A DNA stretch of 34,937 bases from Bipalium vagum (GCA_037834085.1 JBBMKC010210594.1:137-35073); one strand, 5' to 3'; positions 13,601 to 25,060 are shown, counted from the first letter of the stretch. A program made the numbers and translations. The notes: generated from the sequence alone by a model not told the origin.

Positions 13601-16600
13601 AACAAAATTTCGAAATAGATTTCATTAATTTTGAAAAAAAATACATTTTTCATTTTATATTAATAAATTTAATAAAAATTACGAAAATATTAAATTTATA
13701 TTGCAAAAACTTTGGTATAAAAGTATGGATTTTTTCACTTTGGAATTTATAGTAATATTGAATATAATATATTTATTATTGTAAAGTTTTAATTTTTTTC
13801 TTAAAAATAAAGTACTAAAACATGAATGAAATATTAAAATGTTTGACATCAGAGCGTGTTTTAAGTAAAAATATATAATTTAATGTATGTTATCATAAAA
13901 TTAAATAACTTCATTAAAATTAAAGATATTGTTTAATAACCATTATTAAAATTTATATTACTTATTCTAGATTTAAATAAATTTTCCCATTTCTTAAAAT
14001 TATTTGAATATTTTTTTTCATAATTTTTACTAAAAGAATACCTAATATATCAATCAAAGTAAATAATTGAATTTCATCTCCACAATTATTGTTTTTAATA
14101 AGTATAATTTAAATTTAATTGTTATTGATTGTTTTGAAATTTTTTAATTTATTAAGTATAGATATTCATCAAATATTTTCTAAAAGTTATTTATTTAATT
14201 CCAACAGATTACGAAACCAGTTTGGAAACGGTACTTAATAGAACAAGTAGCCATTGGAGTTGAATTTAATTGTCTTGAAACGTCTCAGGTAAATAGATTT
14301 CACTGGTCATTGCCAATGCTAAGTCTTAACATTTAAAGATGAGTTCAAGCCTAAATTGCACGGCTTTGAATCCAGCTATTGTTAGCGCTGAATTGTTGAT
14401 GAATGTTTGGAATGTAAATAATACCCCAATGAAATTCTATTTGCCTATCGGTCAGATGCCTTTTGATTCTGACATACAGCGCATTGCCACTCTTGATGAA
14501 ATTAGAATAGCCTGTACCCAGCTGAAACTGGAATTCTTAATTAATCTCATTCGACTCAATCCCTCCACGACCTCAAACTTATTCAAGTTATTAGTAGTTC
14601 AACCTCCTGAACCAAAATTACAGACAGTAACTCATACAATTATTTCTTAACATTTAATAATTTTAGGTGAAGAATAAAAAGTCTGTACCCATAACAGAAT
14701 TCACAAGAATAGAACCAAGAAAACCAAAGATATCTAAATCTTCTGATAGTAATATAATTCTTTGTCATTTTAACCTGTATTCTATATTTTTATTAGATGA
14801 GTTTCTAAGCTCTCTTCAAAAAACCAAAAAAGTTGAAGTGAGTTTTTTTGGAACTTTTATTTATTTTTATATTTCTGTTCAAACGAAACCATTTTCATTA
14901 ATTTATTAAAACTTAATTATAATTATTATCACTCTTTGTTATGGGAAAGGAAAGTAATCGTGGTAATGAAAGACTTTAATTGATTATTTTATATTAGATC
15001 GGAAAATTGATTGGAGACTTTATAATTATGAGAAATACTATTAAAACAAAATTTTGACTATAAATTTCAAAATTGGAGACATTTTGTTACTTAATCAAGA
15101 TTTCTGAAAAATAAGAAGAATTATTTGGTTTTTATTAAGTGCAAAATTATTCACGAAAAACTGTTGTTACGATAAAGATACGGTGGCAAACAAAGCAAAA
15201 GATAGTTTTCTCGTTTCCGTTCTGATAAAATATATATATATATTAGAGTTTACCAGTCACAACAAATGTCGATTACATCATTGACATATTTAGGCGTTAT
15301 CACCAAATAAGCAGTCGTAGTATTAAAATTTATCTAAGAAAAGAGCGCGAATCAGTAAAAATAATGACAATAATAAAAATAATGTTAAAATAATCATTTA
15401 AATATTGATGGAATTAAAAAGTGTATTTTTCTACTTGAATTGTGTAATGATGAAATAAAACGACGAATTCGAACCTTTTTGAACAAAATGGTTTACAGTC
15501 TATTAGAAAGGAATCAGATATAAAAATAATGTTAAGTTAATGAATTTTTAAAATAGGGATATCAATTTTAAAATTACCAAACAATATTTTGTGAAATAAA
15601 CATTAAGGTTAAAATTTTTAAGGACAATACTGATAACGTGGTTGTAATTAATACTCTTTAATATAAGTGGTTTAGAATTTGAATGAAATATTAAATAAAT
15701 TTTGTTTTAACTTCCAATTTTTCAATGAATTCTGTCAATTAATGGAATATCGTTGTATGACTCGAAATTTTATATAGTAATATTATATATTTCAATTTCA
15801 AATTTAATCTACATTATTTTCATTTTAAAATATTTTTAGAGTGTGCCACTGGTTATTATTCTTTGTGTAACCATAGTTGAAGAAATTGGTCTTCGGAAAG
15901 AAGGGATATATCGGCTCAGTGGTAATATCGCTGGGAAAAAGCTTTTGGAAGACATTACTGTTACAGAGGTATTGGTTCTTGTTTTGTCAGTTTTGTAAAT
16001 TGTGTTAACAGAGTCCAGATAAATGGTCCAGCCATGAAGAGTGGACAAATGTACACACTACAGCAAATTTATTGAAGAGCATTTTAAGAAAATATACATT
16101 ATTTGATAAAGGTTTTATTTCGTTTAGTTTTTATTCTCTTCCTAGAGTAATAATATTTTTATTGATTTTCAATTTAAGTTAACTAGTTGACAATAGAAAT
16201 ATATAGTCTCTATTAAACTTAAAAATAATTCTTATAGCTTTACTTATATAGTGAATCCACTATTTCCGATCGTCGATCTTACCATTTGATTGAACTTTTT
16301 GATTTTTACAATTATAGTCTCAGTAATTTTTCTTAAAGATTCCATTTTCCAGAAGTAAAGTTGTGGATAAGTTCGATGGTGTTTTAAATAATAAAGTTTC
16401 ATAAAAATTTAATCTCAAATTATTTAAATAATATTCTAGTATATTTAGAATTGTAAAGGTAACGGTTAAGTGATTTGAAATGATTTGATCTTTCGAGAAA
16501 GGAGACTGATTGAACTCAAGTTCACGGTACGCATTTTTTGACAGGATTTATTTTCGAGAGGAACGCAACGAGAACTTATTGCACTATTATACTCAATCGT

Positions 16601-19600
16601 AGATCCCGGTACATGCCACAAATGCTTTTGTGCTTCTATTATGGTAATTTCCATATCAAAGGTGTACCATTGTAAGGCGCTTGATCTTTATCTATAATGA
16701 TCAAATTTTATGTGGAATATACTTAGAATGCCATGTCTCAAAACGATATAATACAAAACTTTCAAATTAAACATTAGATATTAAATTAAACAATAATAGA
16801 TATTTTGTTCACGTGTGAATTTTTCAAAAGAATATAGTAGATTTCATTACTGTAAGTTAGTGGTACAAGAGAATTTATCTTGAGTCATTTCTTAAGAATT
16901 TCATAAAGGAGACAGCTATCGAATTGCCTACAGCAGCATTAAGTGTGAGCTTTCATGATATGATCTAGTTGAATAGTAAAAACCAGTTGCTTAATTAATT
17001 TTTTGAGAAGAATGAAATTGTGCTTTTTATAAAGAGCAACTTCCGAGTGGCAAGATCATCAATATGAAAAAAGTATCTTAAATAAAAAAAATTAAAAGAT
17101 GCGCGTTCATAAAAACAGCCAGAATTGGTGATAAAACATTGATGGTCTATAACGAGGAAATCACTGTGTATCACAAACTGGTTTTGATTACCGGTATTCT
17201 TAGATATATTCAATATCATTTGCACTCAAACCGTTATATTTAGTTGATATTTTCAAGAATTATCTTCAGGTTTGAGAGCACAATAGTTTTATTAAATGTT
17301 ATTATATTATCTACTATAATTGTCAATGCCTGTCATTGAAATAAAATATTTAAAGATTTATTCCACAACTCAAAATTATTCAAAAATATTGAATAATATT
17401 AAAATTCGAAATTTAATGGAATAAAAAATTACGTGACATTGGCAATATATGACTTTGGCAATATATGACTTTGATAATTTTGATGATACTAATTTAAATT
17501 TTCAATACTTTTATTTGTAAAACTGTTTAAGATTAAGTGTATCAAAAAGGTCTTAGTATGCAATAAATTGTGAAAAAGGATAAATACAAAAATTATTTAA
17601 GCATTTTTTATTTATAATTTGAAAAATTTATTTAAAGATTAGTTTTCTTAATTAATTTTAACATTTTATTTTTAATTTTATTTTTCATTAAAATTAACCA
17701 ACAAAATCAGATAAAATAAAATAAAAGTTTTGTCTTCAGAATATTTAATTTTTGATGAATTTACATTTTAATAGGCCATCCTCATATCTTTTCTATCATT
17801 TGTGTTTATATTTATGATTGAAGATTATTGAATTTTTAATGTTGTAAAATCACTGTTTTTTAATTGATATTTTAGATTGAATTTTTTTGGCTCCATCTCT
17901 TATTTATTTTTTACTTGAAAGTTTTGAAAGAGAAAAATAAACGGTGTTATCCTAATTAAGCTGGTTGGAATATTTTCAGCAATTACAAATTTATTAATTT
18001 GTCATTCTATTATTATTCAACTTGTTTTTTAGTGAATATCATGTCCCAACTGTTTGTTTATTATAGACACTGCAATTAAATTATCGGTAATAAAACTTGA
18101 TATGGAAGAATTTGATAGCTGGGAAATGGATAAAAAGGTTTCATTTTTTCATATTGACTCTAAGTTAGCTAGCATTCGATTGTTCCAGTTACAAGCAATA
18201 ATGGATATGATTTATCATCTATATACTCATTTCAAATCTCACCCTTCTCCTGAAGAAAATAAATGTCGAGCAGACACGTTTAAATATCTGATCAAACATC
18301 TCTATCGAGTCAGTCTATATCATGAAATGAACAAAATGAACGCAGAAAATCTAGCAAAATGTTTCGTTCCAAATCTCCTTGAAGATATTCCATCGGATGA
18401 AGACACAGAATACAAAACTAGCAATAAAAATGTCATTCACGAAAATTTGACTAAGGTACAAGTATAAAAGAATATTATTTGTCTATGAATAATTTTCTAT
18501 GGATTTAAAATCAAATTATTTATTTCTTTTATTATTCAAACAAAGTTGTGGGTTTCTACACAACAGATCATAAAATAAACCGTGCTCAATTACTACCAAA
18601 TATTTTTTTGTATTAATTTTAAAAGTATTTTTTCAATTTTAAGTAGGCTGATATTTTAAAAACAAATATTTTATATTATCTATTTCAATACATTTTCGAA
18701 TTCTTTTTTGCATAATATCTGTCTAAAAGAAAAAAACTGTTCAATTTGGGAGAGTGGATAAATAATACTTGATTATTCATTTGCAATTCCAATGGCCACA
18801 AAATATTGGCGAATTTATAATTTATGGAGTAATTTTATTTCCGGAGAAATACTGAAAAATCAATATTTTTTTCCAATGTCAATATTTCATACATTTTATT
18901 GTTCAATTGATCAGGAAACTTTTGGACTTAATTTAATCAATCTAAAAACTTTATTAATTGTTTTATTAACAAATAATTTAATAAATTAGAAATATTCGTT
19001 TATTTTTACAATTAACAAATAAATAAATAAGGTAAAATAGGTTAGTACATTTTCATTGTACATAAATTTTTTTAAAAATCAATTTTCAGGGGTATTAGTT
19101 TTGACTGTTGTCTGATATTTATACTTTGAAAAAAAGTTATTTGACTCTAGAGAAAATCTTTTATTGTTAAAGCGGGTTAGGAATTGTGAAAAATTTTAAT
19201 TGAACCTTTTGTTTTCTTAATAGTAAAAGTTAAAACAAATTAAATAAATAATTGAATTGCAACAGTCGATAAAAATTTTAAAAATCTCTGGAAACTGATA
19301 AGTCATAAATATTAAAATGTCCTACGTTTCGTAGCGAATAATTTCAAAAAATAACATCTCTTAACGATTTTATTTAAAGTATTATTTTATTCTATTGATT
19401 TTTTTTTGAAAATGTATGTTTTACTTTTATTACTTTTATTTAACAAAATTAGCGATAATAAAGTATTTGGGTGTATCAGAAGTTTCCGTGAATTCAAAAT
19501 TCACAAAAAAACTATAATGCAATTATATGAAAAAAAACAATTTTTTTATTTTTAAAAATAAGAACCGTTATTATGTACAAAATTTTGCCATATTTCCATA

Positions 19601-20911
19601 AGTTTTTTTATTTGTTCACCGTAAAAGTCTTTAGGCTTTGAAGCAAAGAACATCCTGCAAAATTTCTCTACTTCAAAATTAACAAACTGTTGTTCTCTCA
19701 AAAAGTGTTCCGTCAAACCAAAAATTGCAAAATCTGAGGATACCAGTTCTGGATTATAAGGAGAATGAGGCAAGATCTCAATCGCACGGAATTTTATTAT
19801 TTTATTTATCTATCTTACTTGGTGGGCCTTATCTTCGAGACTAGTATTTCAGTTTTAAAAATTTTGGAACCAATATTATACTGTGCTATAGACAACGATA
19901 CAAATATCACAAAGGGTTCGTGTGGTGACAGCAATAGTAAATTCCCTTTTCCATTCATTAATGACTGATCAAATCTGGAATTCCAATTTTTCTGTATCCA
20001 TTTTACTATAATTATAAATTCAAATAAATACATTGACGTTGATTTAAAATAAATAAAAATATAGTTTGACAGTAAAACATCAATGATCTCAAATTTTTTA
20101 GAATTTTTATTAAAAATATTTCTTTTAATAAAAGAAAATTTAAATATCAAAGTTACAGAAACTTTTGATACAACCTAATATTATATATTCAAACCTCTCA
20201 AATTATTTTCATGATTTTATTTCTTAATTTTAATTAGATGGTAACCTTTTGGATCACTTATGCTGATACCATGTGTGAGTTGTTAGAAGAAACTAAAGAA
20301 GATGAATTAAACAGAAAAGTTCAAATTTTTCTTCTGCAAAAGCAGACAATGAACAATGTTGAATTTAAATTGATTCCTGCCAATAGTGACAGAGGTGAGT
20401 GATTTTGAGATCATTACTGAAAAGTCTTCAACGTATTCAGATGTCGGGGCACTAGTAAAGGAACGCATTGATTATTTTACCGAAGGTGCAACAGGATCGG
20501 GATATAGTAGGTTAGGTTAATGTCATTCTTTCAAAAAATTGACTTTTTAAAATCTTGATTGTGTAATATTCAGTCCTAATGTCTCTAATATCAACTCTCC
20601 AGACAGTTACTTTAGTAAGATGAAAAACCAAAGGTTATATCAAAGTGTAAAGCAAAATAAGAAAAGCTCTGCAAGACGTCGAAACAGTAGTGGTTCACCT
20701 ATTGATGGATCAAAAACTTTTGAAACTGTATTTATATTTTATTTATTATTTTTATTATTATTATAATCAGGGTAATAACAAGAAACCTGGAGTCGGAAGT
20801 CCAACTATATCAAAAAAACCAGGTTGGTCGACATATTCCAATTCTTACAACCGAAATTCATCGTTCAAATTTTTTAATTCATTGATGTTTGAGTATTTTC
20901 CTAGTATTTGA
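7146..20911 (+). CDS. Multi-exon Rho GTPase-activating protein (RhoGAP), possibly SYD-1/SYDE-like; 5' end incomplete
   Basis: Manually spliced GT-AG exons, all phase-compatible with no internal stop: 7146-7626, 9190-9271, 9301-9367, 9605-9685, 14208-14288, 14339-14626, 14667-14748, 14797-14837, 15840-15968, 16012-16111, 18067-18137, 18189-18455, 20238-20394, 20441-20510, 20574-20727, 20771-20911 (sum 2292 nt). RhoGAP motifs: VPLVIILCVTIVEEIGLRKEGIYRLSG (Arg finger), NVHTTANLLKSILR, HLYRVSLYHEMNKMNAENLAKCFVPNLL. The gap at 9446-9591 could hide an exon. The last exon could instead splice at CCAG|GTTGG (~20822). The upstream exons are linked by phase only. Confidence 0.8.
7847..8868 (+). mobile_element. 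Defective Tc1/mariner element of rosa/Visitor (DD41D)-type, in a RhoGAP intron
   Basis: Imperfect TIRs share GTCATTCAAAATTAAC (7851-7866 and reverse complement near 8849-8864), each flanked by TA. Fragments IEDRIFIVKKF, NIWWSDES and CDFWLWNTVKEDIY. Confidence 0.85.
9446..9591. other. Assembly gap
   Basis: Run of N. Confidence 1.
9802..9985. repeat. Almost pure A/T low-complexity tract
   Basis: About 180 nt with only a few G/C, built from AAATAATTA-like units. Confidence 0.8.
10515..11320 (-). mobile_element. maT/DD37D-like transposon remnant, internally deleted
   Basis: TA|CAGGGTTGCC terminus at ~10515. Minus strand reads FVNTRRIRGIIKRRI..LNKIAKDLQ, VLWSDDKVFTIEAARNPQN, VKVNAVY, then jumps to the C-terminal TCIEADRDHFEN*. 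The other TIR is only degenerate (~11285-11318). Confidence 0.8.
11410..11680 (+). mobile_element. Tc1 transposase N-terminal (paired-like HTH) remnant
   Basis: ELSAFVKGRIVVVMFEAGFFKPDVARRVYRDHKTITY*WARWQKIGNIERKEDRG...MDIKICHSVRQSRF matches the Tc1 LS.FE.GRIVG..EAG.....IARR pattern. Confidence 0.8.
12140..12199 (+). pseudogene. tRNA-Ala-derived pseudogene lacking the T-loop
   Basis: GGGGATGTAGCTCAGCGGTCAGAGC...CGCATGTGAAGGTCCCGGGTATCTCCG. The acceptor stem GGGGATG/TATCTCC has the G3:U70 Ala identity pair and the D-arm is intact. The anticodon stem is degenerate (CGC-like), and about 12 nt of the T-arm (TTCGA loop, Pol III B box) are missing. Confidence 0.8.
14208..14837 (+). CDS. Four-exon cluster upstream of the GAP domain (putative C2-like/linker region)
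   Basis: Exons 14208-14288, 14339-14626, 14667-14748 and 14797-14837 are separated by 50-, 40- and 48-nt GT-AG introns, and the frame is maintained through to the GAP exon at 15840. Confidence 0.75.
15840..16111 (+). CDS. RhoGAP domain N-terminal exons (arginine finger)
   Basis: 15840-15968 encodes SVPLVIILCVTIVEEIGLRKEGIYRLSGNIAGKKLLEDITVTE. After a 43-nt intron, 16012-16111 encodes SPDKWSSHEEWTNVHTTANLLKSILRKYTLFDK. These + strand exons are missed by the ORF track. Confidence 0.92.
16900..17200 (+). mobile_element. mariner remnant
   Basis: Frameshifted EQLPSGKIINM...LKDARS*KQPELV resembles mariner ELLP.G.TIN...L..AI..KRPELV. Confidence 0.55.
17434..17473. repeat. 16-bp tandem duplication (2.5 copies)
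   Basis: TGACATTGGCAATATA TGACTTTGGCAATATA TGACTTTG. Confidence 0.85.
18067..18455 (+). CDS. RhoGAP domain C-terminal exons
   Basis: Lies in ORF 18054-18467. TFKYLIKHLYRVSLYHEMNKMNAENLAKCFVPNLL matches the RhoGAP HL..V.....NKM...NLA..F.P.LL motif. Probable in-frame 51-nt intron at 18138-18188. Confidence 0.92.
19466..20178 (-). mobile_element. Internally deleted mariner element (713 bp) with both TIRs, in a RhoGAP intron
   Basis: TIRs TA|TTTGGGTGTATCAGAAGTTTCC and reverse complement TA|TTAGGTTGTATCAAAAGTTTCT. The N-terminal V*YWFQNF..NTSLEDK is joined almost directly to the C-terminal PHSPYNPELVSSDFAIF...HNNGSYF (YSPDLAPSD motif). Confidence 0.92.
20238..20911 (+). CDS. C-terminal exons of the RhoGAP gene (last GAP helix plus Ser/Lys-rich tail)
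   Basis: MVTFWITYADTMCELL fits the terminal GAP helix. Introns of 46, 63 and 43 nt preserve the frame. The tail includes SARRRNSSGSPIDG and KKPGVGSPTISKKP. Confidence 0.75.
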
Positions 20912-21028
20912 GTATCTAACCGATCATTGATAAGATATAAAAATAGTTGTAATTTTACTTTTGAAGTTAATGTAAATTTAAAAATAATTGGAGGTAAACT
21001 GGTTAGGTCGAGTTATCTTTTCAAAGAA

Positions 21029-21176
21029 NNNNNNNNNNNNNNNNNNNNNNNNNNNNNNNNNNNNNNNNNNNNNNNNNNNNNNNNNNNNNNNNNNNNNNNN
21101 NNNNNNNNNNNNNNNNNNNNNNNNNNNNNNNNNNNNNNNNNNNNNNNNNNNNNNNNNNNNNNNNNNNNNNNNNNNN
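21029..21176. other. Assembly gap
   Basis: Run of N. Confidence 1.
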
Positions 21177-22231
21177 TTCTACTGATTTTACTGACACTGG
21201 AAATGTCATTTCATTTGAAACACACCAGTTGACAAATAATTAATAAAACCATTTCCTTTATATATATTTAAATTCATATAAAATTATATAGGCAGTTACA
21301 ATTTATATTTTTCCTTCAGAATAAAATGTTTGGAAATTTCCCAAACTGCTGAGAAGTCACGTTTTTGGATTTTAAAGATGTCCTAACAAAAATAGGTCAG
21401 AATTGGAAATTTGATTAACGAAATTAATTTCTCTTGACAGTCAGTAAAAAGTGATGTATGGAAAAGTCTTCATTTACAAATTATTTTTTTCACATTTCGT
21501 CAAAATAGACAGAAAATTGTCAATTTTGACTGGGTTTTCTAATGTTCTCTTTTAAATGTGAGATATTATAAATAATAGTTAATTTGCAAATAAATTAATT
21601 TATGGACAAAAAATTATTTCCAAATATATCTCCAAGAAAATAAATGATTTATTTTCGTTTTGGAAATGTTCCAAAGATTGTGCTGACATTAATGTTTATT
21701 TATTTAAAATGATTTATAATTTTCTCGAAAACAGTTTCTAAATAATAAAATAGTCAGAAGATATAATAAATTACTTTTATTATATTATTTTTTCTCTTTT
21801 GAAAATTTATCTCTTTCGAACGTGATAAATAAGAAGTAGTTAATCCTTTTATTTTTGTTCCTGATATTTCGATAATAAATTTAATTATCCGAAAAATAAT
21901 TGATTTGTAAATTAATTTATTTAGAACTACTAATATGATAAAGGCATTATTGGTCATTAATAAAATGATAATAACGCTGAATCTGCCTGGAATGTTTTTC
22001 CAATCTTCGGAATGAACTGGGAAACATACATCTACGTGAACATTTGGATAATTAATATATGAAGTGACTAATAATGATAATTTATCTTTATAGCTTTTTA
22101 GAAAGGGAAAATCCTTGGTAAATTAATTGGTCACAAATGCTCTATAGACATTTGTCTAAAATAATTTAATAAACATGTGAATATTTAAATAAAAATCTTA
22201 TCATTGTTGGAGACGGATATATAATATTGTA

Positions 22232-23344
22232 CAGGGTCTTCCAAAAGAAGCTTTAACATATTAAATACTAAGTAGTTTTTCTTTAAATAAATTAATATTT
22301 AACATTATTCTAGCTAAACATTTGAAAATTAAATATGGATCGTTATAATAAGCAACAGCGGGCAGAAATTGTCAAAATATTTTATCAAAGCGGTTGTTCA
22401 ATTTCAGTAACCGTTAAAAAATTAAATGCAAAATTTTGGAAAAACAAATGTCCATCAAAACCAACAATTTACAGTCTGGTTAATGCTTTTGAAACATTTG
22501 GCTCGGTAGCAGATAGACCAAATCTGGACGACATCGATCTGCGCGTATACCTGAAAATATTGCAAGTACACGAGAAAGCATTGAAGACAAAAATGTACCT
22601 CAATCAGTCATAGAGCACAGGAATTAAACCTCTCAAAATCCAGTTTGTCGCGGATAATTCATGAAGATTTGCATATGAAAGCCTATAAACTTATCGTAGT
22701 TCAGAAGCTTAAAGAATCAGACCATCAAAGTCACCTGAATTATTGTAATTGATTGTTAGAAAGATCAATTGTGGATCATCATTTTTGGAAAAAAATCATT
22801 ATGACTGATGAAAATCATTTTCACTTGAGTGAAGGTGTTTTTAACAAACAAAATTGTCGAATTTTGACAACAAAGCAACCATATGTTTTGAAGGGAGAAG
22901 CATTACATTTGCCAAAAGTTACTGTATGGTATGGAATATAGGCAAGAGGTGTAATTGGTCCATACTTTTCGAAAATGCTGCATCTCTCTCCACTTACAGT
23001 TACGACACATGATAGAAACATTCCTTAAGCCTTATCTGAATGATTTTAATGTGGAGAATATTTACTTTCTGTGTGGGATGGTACCACATCCCATACAAAT
23101 AGGAAAAACAATTGCATTAATACACGAAACTTTTCCATTTGGTGTGATCTCACGTTTCGGTGATGTTGATTGGCCTCCAAGATCTCCCGATTTGACGGCT
23201 CCAGACTATTCCTTATGTGGATATATTAAAGATATGTAATATGTGTGTTTAAATAAAGGTATAAATAAAATTACTTGGCTTTTTAATTTTTATGCACGGA
23301 GAAATATTGACTTAAAGTAGTAAATCTTCTTTTGGAAGACCCTG
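22232..23344 (+). mobile_element. rosa/Visitor (DD41D) Tc1-mariner element, defective
   Basis: Perfect 19-bp TIR CAGGGTCTTCCAAAAGAAG with TA flanks. Frameshifted transposase reads MDRYNKQQRAEIVKIFYQ, IIMTDENHFHL..VFNKQNCRI, KVTVW, DGTTSH and GDVDWPPRSPDLTAPD, with about 41 residues between the second and third Asp. The C-terminus is deleted after GYIKD. Confidence 0.95.
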
Positions 23345-23849
23345 TATATCATATTTTAAAGAATAGGTTCTGGTCAATAAAGATTTATAAATAGAAATTC
23401 TGCTTCTTAATTGGAAGAAGGAGATATTATAAATGTTTTTTTTTGATCAACAATCAACAAGATTCTTCAAAGGCATTTTATTTTTACTGAAAAATACAAT
23501 CTTATCGCGATTTTCTTATGGTATTGGCTTGCCCATCTTTTCTCAGATATCAAAATGATAAGAATTTTAAGATTGTAAAATATCTACAAAATATGTTTCA
23601 CAGATCTATAAATATATATTCTTAGTAAAATCAGTTGAAGTGCATTTTATTAGTTTTTTTATTTACACAAAAATCGACACAGTAAGCCGAATTAAATACT
23701 TAACTTGAAACATAATTTCATATTTGTTTTCCATTTGTATGCAGCAGATTATAAAAGTGCAAGAATTATTGTAAGTTGTGAACATAATTATTTCCGTTAG
23801 ATAAATGATTTACTTCATTGTTCACATATTGTATATCACAAGTCACTAA

Positions 23850-24263
23850 AATATCAAGATTTTTCAGGTAATTTGAAACAGTTTGTTGACAAATTCTTAG
23901 ATCCTTAGTAATGTCATAGCTGCTTATGTGATAGTCTTGTTTGATCATTTTCATGATTTTGTCGACTTTATCAGCGAGTTACCTCTTTTCAATATGAAAT
24001 CAGATCCATTAACGACATAGATTTTGACGCACTTTCCATTTCAGGAAATAAAATTTCATAATGTATCACTTCTTTATTGAGAATTTTTAGAAAACTTTTT
24101 AATTCAGATAAAAAATTATATTAGTAATTTTTTTTATAATTATTTATTCCAAAGATTTGATTTGACTAATAGAATTATTAAGATTGAATTTCAAACTTAT
24201 AACCCGTAATTCAAATTTTAAAAATCAACGATGAAAACGGCGGAAATTATTACGGTCACCTAA
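23850..24263 (-). mobile_element. mariner 5' remnant
   Basis: TIR (reverse complement) TA|TTAGGTGACCGTAATAATTTCCG ends at 24263. MIKQDYHISSYDITKDLRICQQTVSNYLKNL is the second mariner HTH. Confidence 0.75.
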
Positions 24264-24559
24264 TATATAATTAAAAAATAAGTATCGTGTTTGAGTCAAA
24301 GTTGATTCAGCTTAAGTAGCAGTACCAATGAAAAAAAATTTCTTTGATTAAACTAAATGCTCTTATTTATGTTAGGCACTTTTCAAAACTATAAAACATT
24401 TTCTAATATGTTTGATAATAATTAGATATATAAAAAATAAACATTACTTGAGTAATTTAATGCTATTCCAATTTAACATAAACAAAATTCAGAGGTATTT
24501 TTCAACGGAAGATCAAGAAAAGATGAAAATATTTTTTTATGAAGATCTTAGTCAAAGTT

Positions 24560-25060
24560 ATTTGCCAAATATTAAATTTCTGTTGAACATGGATACGTCG
24601 AATTTATAATAGATGAAAATTTATAAATAAAGGTATTTTATAAATTGAGAGACGTCCAGGGTCATTAATGAAATGTTGTAAGTTCTGCATCAAATTTATC
24701 ATGGAGCACAAAAAATGGATTTATTTCAAAAACCCTAAATGCAAGAAAACAATTTGCAAATTTCTTTGCTACACAAAAGAAGAACATTTATTGTTAAAAA
24801 CTCTGCTGTGAATCTGATTGGACTAAATGGGTGTGTTTCATTACGTGTTAAGACCTGGTCAGACAGTTACAAGGATCTTTTACCGAGACCATATAATTTG
24901 TCCGAGCCGGTAGAAATATAAATATAAAATTAAAAAAGAAAACCCTATATTGATGAAAAAATTAATATTAAAACCGGCTTTATGGACATCTCATAAATAC
25001 AATCAACCAGAGCCATAAAACCGTCAGACGACGTAACATGAAAATGTGAAACTGATTTTG
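24560..25060 (+). mobile_element. Decayed mariner remnant
   Basis: KTLL*I*LD*MGVFHYVLRPGQTVT resembles K.ML.IWWD..GV..YELL.PG.TVT; KPSD follows later. Confidence 0.55.

Noticed and set aside
15836-16048. Minus-strand 70-aa ORF
   Set aside because: Antisense shadow of the + strand RhoGAP exons.
16440-16760. Possible Merlin/IS1595-like remnant (ERNENLL, IVDPGT, ATNA)
   Set aside because: Motifs are too short and scattered over frames, with no TIR. Not supportable without a profile search.
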